Part shown: positions 1-13,179 of the stretch, piece after piece
How positions within the stretch are numbered: the stretch's first letter is position 1
Layout: each line of letters starts with the position of its first letter
Assembly (NCBI RefSeq): GCF_026210795.1
Contig: NC_089432.1
Span: 372,001-436,000, forward strand
Source of the DNA: Rhizophagus irregularis
Taxonomy: Eukaryota
DNA length: 64,000 bases
Direction: 5' to 3'
Position numbers and translations under genes: made by a program
The notes under the pieces: model-generated
The model's input: the letters and a program-made list of their open reading frames with translations, nothing else
Told to the model about the DNA's origin: nothing
Databases searched by the model: none

Positions 1-330
1 TATGTGAAAAATTTATTGTAAAAATCAAACTATTTGTAACTTTGGGATAAATATTATGCATTAAAATATGTTGGTGTCGAATGAGTTTACATAAAGAGCA
101 TTACTTTTAAGAAATGAAAATAGGGTATCGGAAAAAATTACTAATGATCGACATAAATTTGCGAATTTTTTGCAGTTGACTCACGGATTACGAATTAATC
201 TATTTAATAAAATTTAAGATGAAAAATTAAATCTTGTCATTAAAACTCAAATTAAAAAAATTTTAAAAATGTTAACTAGGAGAATAAATTATCCAATAAA
301 CAAAAAAAAAAGTCCCCGTACACCGAGACT

Positions 331-1698
331 TTATTCCTCATTCGGAGCATCACTTAAAATCCATTTTAAATTTAAAGGATGATGATTTGATGTTATAACA
401 GTTGACGTTTGGGAAAAATAAGGTTGAATCCATTGTGGCTCAATGGCTTGAGATGGTGGGAAAGTAGGTCCATTTTTGCGTATATTTTGAGACGGATTGC
501 TTGCGACAAATGTTGGATATAATGGGGAAGTTGTGGTTGGACTTGTAGACGCTATCCATATTCGTTCATCCGAAGTAGTAATTGGGACACGCATTTGCTG
601 TAATGATATATCATTTGAAGTAGTTGTTGAATAATCATTTGATGCACAAATATAAATTGCATTAGATGAAGATGCTGTTCTTAACGATGACGTGAATGAA
701 TTATTGATGTCATTAAGATCTATTTGACTTACATCGTTCATAATAACGTCACAAGGTCCGTCTTTGTTTTCATCATAAATTGTGTGATTATCAATTATGG
801 TTTGATACATTGCTAAATTAACAATCCCACCATAATGTGTGTTTGGATCTCTATTATCAACATTTTTTATAGCTTCACTTCTTATTAATCTAGAAGAAGC
901 AAGCCTTTTCTCTAACATTGCTATCCTATCATTTAAAGTTTTGATTTCGTTCTTTGCCGAAGTATAAAGCACTTCAAGATTTGAAGTTCTTAACTCTAAA
1001 CTTCTTATATAGTTTTTCTTACTTTGACGAAATGTTCTTTGGTTGGTTAGGTTCTGAACGTGCTTTTTCTAATTGGATGAAAAAAAAAAGGTAAGAAATA
1101 AGGAATAGATACTCAAAAAATGAGAATCGTTTAGGAAGTATGTATACGGGAAAATAAATTAACGTACTTGGCTGTTATTAAGCACCCTGAAAACGGGTAT
1201 CATCGAATTTGACCAGCATTATATGCAAAAAAGGGTGCTCAATAACAGTCACATACTTTAAATTCATATTGCAATCTTGTCGCGTAAAAAAAAACACAAC
1301 ACTCACATCCAAAGGTATAGTCGCCAATGGTTTTCCACCGCGTCGATTCGGCATTGGTTTTCCGATAGGTTGCAATTTAGAGTTTGTTGTTCTATGCAAG
1401 TATACAAAACAAAAATGAAAAGATTACGTTAAGGGAATTGGTTACAAAAAAAAAAAGTATTTATGTAATTGTTTCTTTAATATCGCGCAATTGTAAATGA
1501 AGCTCTACTTTTACGGATAAATTATAAACAAAATAACTTACGACAAAAAATGATATCTAATGATGATGCTTGAGAAAGTTGAGGGTTAGGAATACAGTTA
1601 TTTATTGGAGATTCATTATATTTGAAAGACGAAAAGGAACCGTTAATAGGTTTTGGTAAAGGTAAACTGAAACGTTGGGGCAACGATCGGTCACTCAT
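331..1698 (-). CDS. bZIP transcription factor (YAP/AP-1-like basic region), spliced; 5' exon structure uncertain
   Basis: Exon 1068..331 extends the 972..331 ORF in frame and reads KKHVQNLTNQRTFRQSKKNYIRSLELRTSNLEVLYTSAKNEIKTLNDRIAMLEKRL (basic region plus leucine heptads). It joins in phase 0, via intron 1306..1069 (GTGAGT..TAG), to exon ...MPNRRGGKPLATIPLD. An upstream exon from ATG 1698 with donor GTAAGT at 1541 is plausible, but I could not resolve its phase. Confidence 0.75.
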
Positions 1699-2582
1699 TT
1701 CGAAAGGGAAGGAGAAATAAGGAAAATTTCGTTGCACAAGGAAAGTTTTATTCAAGATTTAACATTATATAGAAAATAATCCATTAAAACGTGTCTGTAC
1801 TTGATATATGATTGGCCTCAAACTTAATTCAGTTTTTAATTTGAATGCATAATTTGCATTTAATAGAAGCCAATAGTTTAAACACAGTGCTTTTGATCTA
1901 CTCAAACTTAAAAATATATAAGGTAATAAGGCTTTAAGAAAAAAAATTACATTGTGATGATACAACAATGAAAATTTTTCCGTATAAAGTTTCAAAAAAG
2001 AATATCAAAGTACCTTTATATAAATATAAGAGTTGAATAAATAAATAAATAAATAAAATATATCAATATTATTTATCCATTTGACCTTTTTAAGACTCTT
2101 TTAATAAGGTTACACACACTAAAAAAATAATCAAATATGCACAGTGATATATTTAGAAATCAATTATAACATCTTTGGTTATAAATTTGTAATTGTTTGT
2201 AAAATACATACTCACACATGATTGAAATAAAACATGAAATCATATCACATTAAACGGTTGTAATTTTCTGGGGTATTTACTTAAATAAGAAGATAAAAAA
2301 AGAAGGAGAACCCAGTACTAACTATTTATTGCGCAATCAAATTATTGTTTTATAGATCTTAGGAGTAACGAATAAAATTTGTTTATTGTACACACGTGCA
2401 TTTCTTAGGGCTGAAGAATAAAGAAAAAATCCCTAAAAAATAATAATAATACTTTTGAAATTTCTCTTCTTGGCGCTCATAAAAAAACAAAATCTTTAAA
2501 TTTCTTAAAATAATCTTTTCGTTTTTGGTCAAAAGGCAACATGGTTTACATGATAATATGATGATTCAGTAAAAACCTCAAA

Positions 2583-2620
2583 TAAGGCCGGGCAAAAAAA
2601 AAAATTAGATTCTTGGGTCT
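2583..2620. mobile_element. Solo MITE terminus, same family as the element at 51022-51247
   Basis: TAAGGCCGGGCAAAAAAAAAAATTAGATTCT closely matches the reverse complement of the right end of the 51022-51247 MITE. Confidence 0.5.
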
Positions 2621-3302
2621 TTTTTACAAAAATTCATGATTTTTTTTTTATAATAAAATTTTTTATCACGTGACTTAATATAATGAAATTATTAATTGCT
2701 TTATTATATAAAATTTAATTTTAACATTGATTATTTTCATGAGATAACAGACTTAAATAACAATTATGTAAAATCTGCATGAACTTATGAGGATAACTGA
2801 TAATATTAATTATTATTTCGTCACGTTATTTATATAAAAATAAAAAATCGTAAATGATCAATAAAATAATAAGGCAGCTTACATAGTTGTAAGATAGGTA
2901 AAAAAATTTTTATTTAACAAATTATATAAATTGATTTTTATGAGAAAAGAATTCCTTTCCGTCGTTAAATAATCTGACTAGTATTTACCTATCATATTAT
3001 CACGTGATTTAAAATTATATTTTTTTGTCCTATATAAAAATTTAAAATGAGAATTGCAATCTAAATTTAAATAAATTTTAAAAATGTAATTTCACTAAAG
3101 TTATTCAAAATAGAAAAATTATGATTATCGTTAAATTATTTAGTCGTCGTTGTTCATTTTGTATTTATGGTCACATGATAGTCTACACAACATTTCAACA
3201 TTTTTGGTAATACATAAACCGGGACGAAAACTCCCGCTCCTATATTTTTTTTAAAATTACATAAATTAATTTTTTTTTTCCATAATTTAAACATTTTACA
3301 TT

Positions 3303-3400
3303 ATGTCTGATATTCGATATGGATTAGTTCATGCTTTAATTAATAAAGTGATTATATCAATAGATTTTAATATTTACAGTATGTACATAGCAATAAAGGA
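3303..3400 (+). pseudogene. 5' fragment of a kinase-family gene
   Basis: MSDIRYGLVHALINKVIISIDFNIYS resembles the N-terminus of an expanded Glomeromycotina kinase family (from recollection); no kinase domain follows. Confidence 0.35.
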
Positions 3401-5071
3401 AATTTTTTTATTCATTTCGTTAATTATCCAATATTTTAAGCCAAATGATATGTAATTATTTAAATAATCTTTTTCGTTATCATCCTGACTTTATTAATCA
3501 TTTAATCAGATAAAATTCATTTATAAATGATAATTCAGATTTAAATAATATGTAATTATCCTTTATTACCCACCATCAGGTACACGATTTGTTAATCTCA
3601 GGTACAAAAGCACATATTCATCCAAAATAATAAATAACTGCTACTTAGATTACATACAGGGAAACGCAAGATCGCAAGCCAGTGCCATGCATATGAAGCT
3701 TGTATGAAATCTATCTAGGACTTTGTTTAATTATATACTTACTATACCCCAGTAAACCAAGGTAAAACCTTCCTTTGACGAAATCTACGGTCTCCTAATA
3801 GTTTTCTTTAATGACCGATTTAAATTTTCCTCCTTTATCTTCAAACCGCGGTCTCTGTCACGTGATCCCTCCAATTACCACGATAAGTCGATAAGTCGAT
3901 AACTCGACATTTAAATATCTTGACCGTGTCAAATAAACTATCAAAAATCCAAGAAAACAAAAAAAAAACAACCAAAGGAAAAAAGAAAAGGTATGGGTAA
4001 AACAACATCACCAGAAAAAGCTATTCACCTCTAATCACTTCTATCCAATACACTTTCCTGAATATCCTTTTACCAAACAAACTCTTCCTTCAAAATATTA
4101 CCTTCTATCCAACCAAAAAACTTAATTGACTTCCAAAATGCTGACGTTTTAGATCAACCCCGTCTCTAGGATTACCAGAAGACCGTTTGAGTCATTTTAA
4201 GTGTATCAAAATTCGAAAACTGCAGTTATTAGGAGCTGGATCAACCGTTATGAAGTTCTAAAAATGTTAAAAACCCTTCCCAAGAAGAAAAAAAAAAATC
4301 TTTCTAAACTTATGAATTAAGAGTGAATTTGTCAAAAAATCGAATTTTGAATAAAAATGAATGTTTGTTAGTTAAAATAACGAGAAAATAAAGTTTATAG
4401 TCTTGTAGTGATGTGGTCATGATCAGCAGTAAGAGTCACCACAGTATAATGAAGCTAATTATAAAAATCACTCGATATGTAAAAAATTGCTTTATTTATG
4501 GTAGTGAAATTTATAATGATAATTATTTCAAGATACTTTTGCCGATCTATCATGTATTCATTTTACATACTTATGCACAGGCTTTGAGCTTGATTTGTAG
4601 TTAAATATAAGAAATAAAAAGAAAAAGAAAAAATAAAATGCATCTTTAGAACCTAAAAAAAGACCTAGAAAGAATGTTATTAAAAACAAGAAGCAGAAAC
4701 AAAATAAAAGTAGGAAAAATGAATAGAAGCATCTTTGGCTGCAAAATCGAAGAAAATCCAAAAGATATTAAGAAATAAGAAGCCGAATATTATTACGACT
4801 GCAAAAAATGGATCTAGATAATTTTATTTATCCTATAATAAATTAGTAAATGATAAATATTGAACTTATAGAAATTTGTAAAGACCTAATAGTAAATCCA
4901 ATAACTGATGAAAAAGTTTAGAGCCAGAGTGATTATTTCGTAAATAAATCACGTGATTATGCCTTTCGGTGTTTTTTCGGTCCGAAATAACCAATCGAAT
5001 ATATTTAACAAATATTCTGTATTTTTTATTTTTATTCTTCGTTTCTCTGAAAAATACGAAATTCGAAAATA

Positions 5072-6215
5072 ATGTATGATAATAAATTTTTACCAAAATT
5101 ATCTCAAAGTTTACTTGAAATTTTAGAAGATAATGAATTTTATGATATTACCATTGAAGTTGTTAATGACCTTTACGTGAAAATTTTCCGTGCTTGCATG
5201 GTCATTTTAAATTATCGTTCTCCTCATTTGCGAAGAATTTTATCAACTAACGTTAATAAAAAGAAAGATGATGGAACTTTATTTTATCCGGAATTTTTCA
5301 AGGTGAGAAGAAAATTGAAATAATAAATTATGACGACTTTTTCTTTCTTTTCAATTTAGATACATCTATTGAGGAAGGCTTTCTTCAAAAGAATATGATA
5401 CTCGAATATTATTAAAATATTGATTTCTTCCAGTAGACTTAGCCTTCAAGAATTAATTACTCATTTATAATTATTTTTGATTGAAAACAAAAAGGATTGA
5501 ATGGAACAAAATCTTAACTTGATATAAAACAAGTTTTGAGAATAATTCTTTTGAAATTACAAAATTATTGCACTGAATTAATGTCTAAAGAACAGAAAAA
5601 ATTTTCTAATTTGATTGATTTTATTTCACTTTCAGAAAATTGTTTGATTTCTCTTATTCAAAATGACAACTTTTAAATGAAGTGATGTTCAATTTGGTAA
5701 CATGTACTTAAATGGGTATTGCTCAAAATTCTGAACTTTCTTCGGATCTTTCAAGTTATTCAAAAGATGATTTCAATACTTTAATAAAGAATACTTTACA
5801 ACAATTTATTCCTTTAATTAAATTCTATAATTTAACTCCAAATGAATCTGTTGATAAAGTATATCCACATAAAAAATCATACCCGAAGAATTACGAGGTA
5901 AATTAATTCAAACAAATATCAAACCGGAACCAAAGATAGTAACAAAAGAAATTAGTTCAAAATTATTGATTCAAGAATTATTACATTACAACATGTTGAA
6001 TTAATCTCGAAGTGAATTGATAAATTAGAAATTACCGACAAAGTGAAAATTTTGTACGAATTCAAATCAATTCTTCGTGGATCTCGTGATGGATTTTCAT
6101 CTCGTGAATTTCATAAGATCTGTGATGATCTATAGTGAAAGCTACTATCCGATTTTCTAATCATGATGTATTTGGCATTACTAAAGATAGTTCTATATTC
6201 TCTTTCAAGAATAAG
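5072..6215 (+). pseudogene. BTB/POZ-BACK-TLDc pseudogene (paralog of 8270-9777)
   Basis: Colinear with the intact gene from MYDNKFLPKLSQ to the KDSxIFSFKNK region, with many frameshifts, stops and deletions; similarity stops abruptly at about 6215. Confidence 0.9.
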
Positions 6216-7260
6216 GTTTTATTTTTATTGAACGCCTATCGAGCATACAAAAAGTTTGACTAAATGACGTATACGTATGAAAATATATATATAGTATACA
6301 ATAAAATGACACAAAAAGGATGATTCCTATTTAGAAACCTATACTGAGATAAAACAAAAAAAACTATCCTTTGAGAAGTTTTCTAGTCTTATTACTTATA
6401 CTACCTACACTACTCTCTGTATCTTTTGTGCTCTTGTTGGTATCAGAAATTACCTTTTCAGGCGCACTTGATTCTATCAAACTCATGAATTCATTCCCAC
6501 GAAGGAGTAATTTGGGCCTTTTTCTTAGTTTCGACATTTTCACAATATTTTATCACTTTTTAGGAAAAGACGCATGAGAACAACTCTCGTTCAAGCAGGA
6601 TCTTACTCCACAATCACAAATTTAAAACTCCTCCGTTTATCTACACATATTTTCTATACCTTTCAACCGTATTAACCACTTCCTCTTCATCCAACTCATC
6701 TCCTAAAACATGCGCAATTTCTTTATTCAAATTTATCGAAGAGCAACCACTTTTTGCAGGTAAATTCACGATAGTCTTCCTTGATTCATGTTATTCCCTT
6801 CGGTAATCCATTTCCCAATTGTGGCGCTCTCGTTCTCATCGATGGCAATCGCTTCATTCTGGCTACTCTTCTTGAAAAAAGGATTCATCTAATTCTTTAA
6901 CGCATCTTTAATCTCTTTCGCACTAGCCTCCTTCGTAACCTCCTTCGTAATGTTTTGTTTAGGAACCGGATGTATCGTCTGTTCCTTTCTTGACGATTGA
7001 ATCTTTCGCGAAGTAAACTTAATGTGACTTGATTTACCCCTTCTACACCTTCTTCAGTCACACTTTATTTCCAAACTACTCTTAAATCCTCTTCCGATTT
7101 GAATGTTGCGACAAAAAGTGTCGAATCTTCCTCGAGCACACATTTTCCATAACTAAAATTATAATTCTCAATCAAAAAACAGTTCAAATATGGTGTTGAT
7201 ATATCTGACACAAAAAGAAGATAAATTTAAGAATGGGATACGTCGGTGTTATTTATAGAA
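6216..7260 (-). mobile_element. Probable degraded retroelement (LINE-like) 3' fragment truncating the BTB pseudogene
   Basis: A-rich tail on the minus strand at the junction (CAATAAAAATAAAAC); intronless degraded coding-like sequence with a Cys cluster ICDCGVRSCLNESCSHA. No RT motif seen. Confidence 0.35.
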
Positions 7261-7493
7261 TTTTTTTTAGATTACGGTGATAAGTTGAAGGATATCTTTC
7301 AACAAATCCAATGTAGTTGGTACGTCATAAACGTGATCTCACGTGCGACCGCTATTTGACGATCCGCCGAAATTTAGTAACTAAACTCCTCAATGGCCCT
7401 TTACATTATTAATTAATGGTCGTACTAGAATCTATTATTGGAAAATAAGTTTTATCTGATGTTTAATTGAAAAAAGAGTGGCATTGGATATAT

Positions 7494-7819
7494 TAGCCCT
7501 GTTCATTTCCGGTCGGTTGCATTTTTCAGTCGGATTTTGTTGTACAAAAATTATCCAATAAAATTTTTTTATTTTCGATCGCAAATTGAACTGCTTTAGA
7601 TTGAAATTTAGTTCGAACTCCTTCTATTGATATATATTTTTTCTTAAATGTCACCTAAACAGAAATTATCTAATTTTGGTTGGTTATTTTGGCGTTCGAC
7701 AAAAAAACCCCAAAAAAAAAATGGGCTAAAAGTTCAGAAAATGGTTGCGTTGTACAAACTGATCAGCCCAATCAAAATTAACTTAAATCTGACCGACCGA
7801 CCGGAAATGAACAGGGCTA
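7494..7819. mobile_element. MITE with perfect 24-bp TIRs
   Basis: TAGCCCTGTTCATTTCCGGTCGGT ... ACCGACCGGAAATGAACAGGGCTA; the terminal TA may be the TSD. Confidence 0.85.
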
Positions 7820-8151
7820 TTTTGATCACATCAAATCACCCCATTTTCCGGAGATCTAATTCGTTCCTCAAAAATCTTCCGTTGCCATTTTTGCCATTTT
7901 GGGATTCCAATCGCGTGCTGAAATTTTTGCTGCGCCGGCCGGAAAACGAAAATTCCCAAGAAACCGAAATATCCAAAGCGCAGAATAAAGACCTCCACTA
8001 TCGAAAAGTGTATCTTGTCTGATTATTCCTAGTCCTTTGTATGTACTTTCCGTCAACTTTTGTTAGTGCAGCACCTCGCCTTGGCTTCTTTTTGGTCGTC
8101 ACTATTACAGTAAAGACAAGAAATACTATTGCTTCCAAACTCGTAAATTAA

Positions 8152-8159
8152 TCACGTGA
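8152..8159. promoter_or_regulatory. Palindromic E-box TCACGTGA upstream of the BTB gene
   Basis: About 110 bp before ATG 8270; the same motif is at 4949-4956 before the pseudogene ATG, and a decayed TCGCATGA is at 11648-11655. Confidence 0.45.
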
Positions 8160-8269
8160 TTAGACTTTCGGATGTTTTTTAATTACCAAATAAATTTTTT
8201 GATAGAATACTTATTTAGTTCAACAAATATTCTGTATTTTTTTTTTATTCAATACGAAATTCGAAAATA

Positions 8270-9777
8270 ATGTATGATAATAAATTTTTACCAAAATTAT
8301 CTCAAAATATACTTGAAATTTTAGAAGAAAATGAATTTTATGATATTACCATTGAAGTTGGTAATGACCCTTACGTGAAAATTTTCCGTGCTCACATGGT
8401 CATTCTAAATTATCGTTCTCCTTATTTGCGAAAAATTTTATCAACCAGCGTTAATGAAAAGAGGGATAATGGAACTTTGACACATATTAAATTACCAAAT
8501 ATTTTACCTGAAATTTTTCAAATGATATTGAGGTGAGAGTTGGAATAATAATTATCACGACTTTTTCTTTCAAAAAAGAAAATATATGTTTATATGCTTA
8601 CGAAAAAAATTCAAATAGATACATCTATGGAGGAAGACTTTCTTTGGAAGAATATGATACTTCGGATATTATTAAAATTTTGGTTGCTTCTAGTGAACTT
8701 AATCTTCAAGAATTAATTACTCATCTACAATTATTTTTGATTGAAAACAAAAAGGATTGGATGGAGCAAAATTTTAACTTGATATATAAAACAAGTTTTG
8801 AAAATAATTCTTTCTTGGAATTACGAAATTTTTGTACTGAATTGATGTCTAAAGAACCAGAAAAAATTTTTAATTCAATCGATTTTATTTCTCTTTCAGA
8901 AAATTGCTTGGTTTCTCTTATTCAACATGATAATTTTCAAATGAGTGATATTCAAGTTTGGGAACGTATACTTAAATGGGGCATTGCTCAAAATCCTGAA
9001 CTTTCTTCAGATCCTTTAAGTTATTTAAAAGATGATTTTAATACTTTAAAGAATACTTTACAGCGATGTATTCCTTTAATTAAATTCTATAATTTAACTC
9101 CAAATGAATTTGTGGATAAAGTATATCCATATAAAAAAATCTTATCCAAAGAATTACGAGATAAATTAATTAAAGATTTTATAATTCAACCAAATAACAA
9201 ACCGGAACCAAAGACGATAACAAAAGAAATTAATACAAAAAGTATTGACTCAAGAATTATTACATTCCAACATGCTGAATTAATCTCGAAATGGATTGAT
9301 AAATTAGAAATTACCGATAAAATCAAAAATTTGTACGGATTTAAATTAATCCTTCGTGGATCTCGTGACGGATTTTCATTCCGTAAATTTCATGAGATCT
9401 GTGATAATAAACCTCGTACTGTATCAATTATTAAAGTGAAAGATAGTAATGAAATTCTTGGAGGATATAATCCGATTGTATGGGAATCTAATCATGATGT
9501 ATTTGGCACTACTAAAGATAGTTTTATATTCTCTTTTAAGAATAAAGAAAATATTGAAAATTATGTTTTAAGTCGTGTAAAGAATGAAATTTATGCTATA
9601 TATAATCACATTGATGGCGGTCCGTTATTTGGTTGTGGTGACTTTTTTTTATATGGAAAATATGGCTATGATAGGAGTTGTTGTTATTATTCTGGATATT
9701 ATGACAAATTAATTAGAGAAACTAAAGACCATTTTTCCGTAGAAGAATATGAAATATTTCAAATTTTGAAAGAATGA
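8270..9777 (+). CDS. BTB/POZ-BACK-TLDc domain protein, 473 aa; exons 8270-8532 and 8619-9777
   Basis: BTB motifs YDITIEVG, FRAHMVILNYRSPY and IFQMILRYIYGG; BACK-like region; TLDc motifs LILRGSRDGF, FHEICDNK, GGYNP, GPLFG and VEEYEIFQI. GT-AG intron 8533-8618 restores the frame. Confidence 0.93.
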
Positions 9778-10269
9778 TTAATATTTTAATAATTAAGGAT
9801 CCTAGTGTATTCCTCCTGATATATATATATAATTATTAGTTATTACGGATTAAGTAAATTATTCAGATCAAATAGAAAAAAAGATTTTTTTCCAGGCTTC
9901 TTTTGTTTAATAAAATTCTACTTTTCAAAGAATAAACCAATTGTTATTAATCGTAGGAAAAGTTGAATAAATTTGTTCTTATAATAATGTTAAATGTATG
10001 AATTGATAATTGGTTTAACTGATTTAGTATTCCAAAATGTAATGTCTAAAGTTATTCCTCGTTGTGAAAAATTATTTCATACAGTAAATGATGATAATTT
10101 TCTGGTTCTCTTTAACAAATAAATGGATTTACCTTTTTTATCTTTTTTCCAGAACTCTTGTGAGTGTTTAAGTAAGAACATTTTGCTGTGTCTAGAAATG
10201 TGTCGAGTTAGATAAATTACGTGACCAACCTTCGGTCGAAAGATTTCTCAATTCTACACTTACTGAAGG

Positions 10270-10660
10270 TACCAAAACAAAATATTTCGTGTTCGTGTGG
10301 TTATTTTAAATTATCATTCTACTTATTTGCGAAAACTTTCTTATCAGTTTACCAAATATTATACCTAACTGAATGATATTGAGATAAGTTTTTTTTTAAA
10401 AAATAATAATAATAATAATAATTATAAGGTAAGGGCAGTGAACATATCTTAGCTAATATTAGTTTCATAACTATGAAAGAGCTTTACCCCTCCACCCCCA
10501 GGTAAGATTTTTTTTAGCCAATAATATTTAATTTAACCAATAAAATGTTTAATTTTGTGTCACGTAAGATTTTGCATTAGCTAATATATGTCATGGCTCT
10601 AATAGGATACTTCGAAATCTTTGCTAGTGGAAATTAGTCTCCAAGAATTAATCTTTAAAT
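10270..10660 (+). pseudogene. Highly degraded BTB gene fragment
   Basis: IFRVRVVILNYHSTYLRK and TTACCAAATATT...ATGATATTGAG match BTB exon 1; AGTCTCCAAGAATTAAT matches exon 2. Confidence 0.6.
10432..10600. mobile_element. Degenerate MITE inside the BTB fragment
   Basis: Imperfect TIRs: AGGGCAGTGAACATATCTTAGCTAAT and ATTAGCTAATATATGTCATGGCTCT. Confidence 0.45.
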
Positions 10661-10692
10661 AAGCTTTGATAATAGCACTTCCGTGAAACTAA

Positions 10693-11138
10693 AGATTTAC
10701 AAACCTGACGCTCACAATTCCTGACAAATCATAATCCCGAAAATTAACTTAAATCCCAAAACTACGTAAATCCACTTTTAAATACTAAATATTACGTCAT
10801 TATAATGTAATTGTCAGGAGGATAATATGTTTTGTGATAATGAATGTCAGGAACAATGTGGTTTAATTTTTTGGATTATGATTTGTCAGGACCTATAAAA
10901 ATTTTATCCGGTATCTCTGTAAAAACTCCGTAAAAATGCGCCTTTCAGGGATCTATTCACGGAAAATGTAAATAATTCGATAAGTTCCATGATATAAGGT
11001 TATTAATTCCGGAAATATGAGCCTTTTATGGAATAAAGATGGAATATAAAAAACGGATCGTCTTTTTTTACTGGGGGATTGTGAGCTCGGGATTGTGTTG
11101 TAACAGGATTCTGATCGTTGGGATGTCGGTGAAATCCT
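10693..11138. mobile_element. Fold-back MITE with ATCCCGA/TCGGGAT subterminal repeats, probably with a nested CCC-TAAAAA-type MITE (about 10892-11075)
   Basis: CCTGACAAATCATAATCC (about 10720) is inverted at about 10873-10890; CACAATxCC/GGGATTGTG motifs at both ends; the inner segment is bounded by CCTATAAAAA and TTTTTTTACTGGG. Confidence 0.5.
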
Positions 11139-11787
11139 ATTTCCAACGAAAAAGAGGTTATATTCATAATAGTAGGTGGATGATCAATGATAATTGATGT
11201 TGTTGATTAATAGTATCACGTGATTTCAAATCCGGAAGAAAGTACATGTTGAGGAAGAGGATTTTCGTCAGTATCCATATTATCTGAAGGAAAAATATTA
11301 TCTATTTTTTCCATATCATCTTTTATATGAACAGCTCTAATTTTACTAGGTCGTTGTTCAGAATTATCTTTAGAAGATGATGTATGAACTGAGTAAGTTT
11401 CTTCTGCTATCTCAGTGTCGGTTTGTGTTCTTTTTATATTATCTATATTTTTTTGCAATTTTAGTTTTGAAACGAGTATTGTGACTTATTTTCTATTTGT
11501 AACTCACGTCGGAGAATTCAAAATTTAATTATTTAGTAATGTTAACTAGTCCAAAAAAGTTTTTCTAATAAAGTTCTTTAGCGAAATTTTTGGTCAAAGG
11601 ATCGACCGATCTCCAACTGAGAGTCAGAGTAATTATTCGTAAATAAATCGCATGATTATGCCTTTCTGTGTTTTTTTTTCGGTCTAAAATTGCCAAGTAA
11701 ATCAATAATCAAACATTTATTTAGTTCAACAAATATTCTGTATTTTTTTTTTATTCTTCGTTTCTCTGAAAAATACGAAATTCGAAA

Positions 11788-12547
11788 ATGATGTATGATA
11801 ATAAATTTTTACCAAAATTATCTCATAATTTACTTGAAATTTTAGAAGATAATGAATTTTATGATATTAATATTGAAGTTGGTAATGAACCTTACGTGAA
11901 AATTTTCCGTACTCACATGGTTATTTTAAATTATCGTTCTTTTCATTTGCGAAGAATTTTATCAACCAGCGTTAATGAAAAGAGGGATAATGGAACTTTG
12001 ACACATTAAATTACCAAATATTTTACCTAAAATTTTTCAAATGATATTAAGGTGAGAATTGGAATTAATAAATTATGACGACTTTTTTTTTCAAATATAC
12101 ATATATATATATATATTTACATGCTTACGGAAAAATTCAAATATTTTTATTTTAGATACATCTATGGAAGAAGACTTTCTTTGGAAGAATATGATACTTT
12201 GGATATTATTGAAATTTTGATTGCTTCCAGTGATTTTGTCTTCAAGAATTAATTACTCATCTACAATTATTTTTGATTGAAAACAGGATTGGATGGAACA
12301 AAATTTTAACTTGATATATAAAACAAGTTTTAAAAATAATTCTTTCATGGAATTACGAAATTTTTGTACTGAATTGATGTCTAAAGAACCAGAAAAAATT
12401 TTTAATTCAATCGATTTTATTTCTCTTTCAAAAAATTGTTTGATTTCTCTTATTCAACATGATAATTTTCAAATAAGTGATATTCAAGTTTGGGAACGTA
12501 TACTTAAATAGGGTATTGCTCAAAATCCTGAACTTTCTTCAGATCCA
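11788..12547 (+). pseudogene. BTB/POZ-BACK pseudogene, 3' truncated (no TLDc)
   Basis: Very similar to 8270-9015; frameshift near 12005, further indels, TGG>TAG at 12509-12511; homology ends at TCAGATCC. Confidence 0.9.
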
Positions 12548-12741
12548 AATTTTCATTTAAATAATATAGCCTAATGATATAACTTGCTAGCTGAATGAAA
12601 CCAAATATAAAACACAGAACCAAATAATTTATCTTTTTTAGTCAGTATAATAGTATTGATGCTCCAATAATATTAAATTAACCGAAATTGTCCTAAAATA
12701 TTAATTTTGTCGATATTTATTAAGTTTAAATAATTTTAAAT

Positions 12742-13179
12742 TACTCGTAATTAAAAGTTACAGTCACGTGATAATTTGTTTGTACAAAACGTCCAATCAA
12801 AGACACCCCCCCTATTCAATGACTTTGCCGATAAAAATTAAAAATTAAGAATATATAGATAATCTTTTTTTTTTATTCACCAAGTTCTAAAGTTACAATA
12901 AAAATACTGTCAATATATTTTCTTCATTTAATAATGGAAGAAGTATATACTTGTATTCGTTGCTCTCAAAGCAAAACAACAAGTTTTTTTCTTAGTAAAA
13001 AAGGAAAGGAGTTAAGAAAAGTTGTTCTCGCTGTCATGAAAGCATATCTGTTAACAATTATTAATGAGAGAATTCGATAAACAAAACCAAAATAACAAGT
13101 TAAATGAGATGTTTTTGATTGGACTTTTTGTTTTGTAGTACAAAAATATCACATGGCTGTAACTTTTTGGTTACGGTGC
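12742..13179. mobile_element. Non-autonomous TIR element with imperfect TIRs of about 60 bp
   Basis: CGTAATTAAAAGTTACAGTCACGTGATA..GTCCAATCAAA is inverted as TTTGATTGGAC..TATCACATGGCTGTAACTTTTTGGTTACG; the interior has a short Cys-rich ORF relic starting MEEVYTCIRCSQSK. Confidence 0.6.

Noticed and set aside
7648..8056. ORFs of 124 and 62 aa
   Set aside because: The 124-aa ORF runs across a MITE end, the 62-aa ORF lies just beside it, and neither has recognisable motifs.
8533..8618. Separate 414-aa ORF starting at GTG 8533
   Set aside because: The GTG is the intron donor; the frame is exon 2 of the BTB gene.
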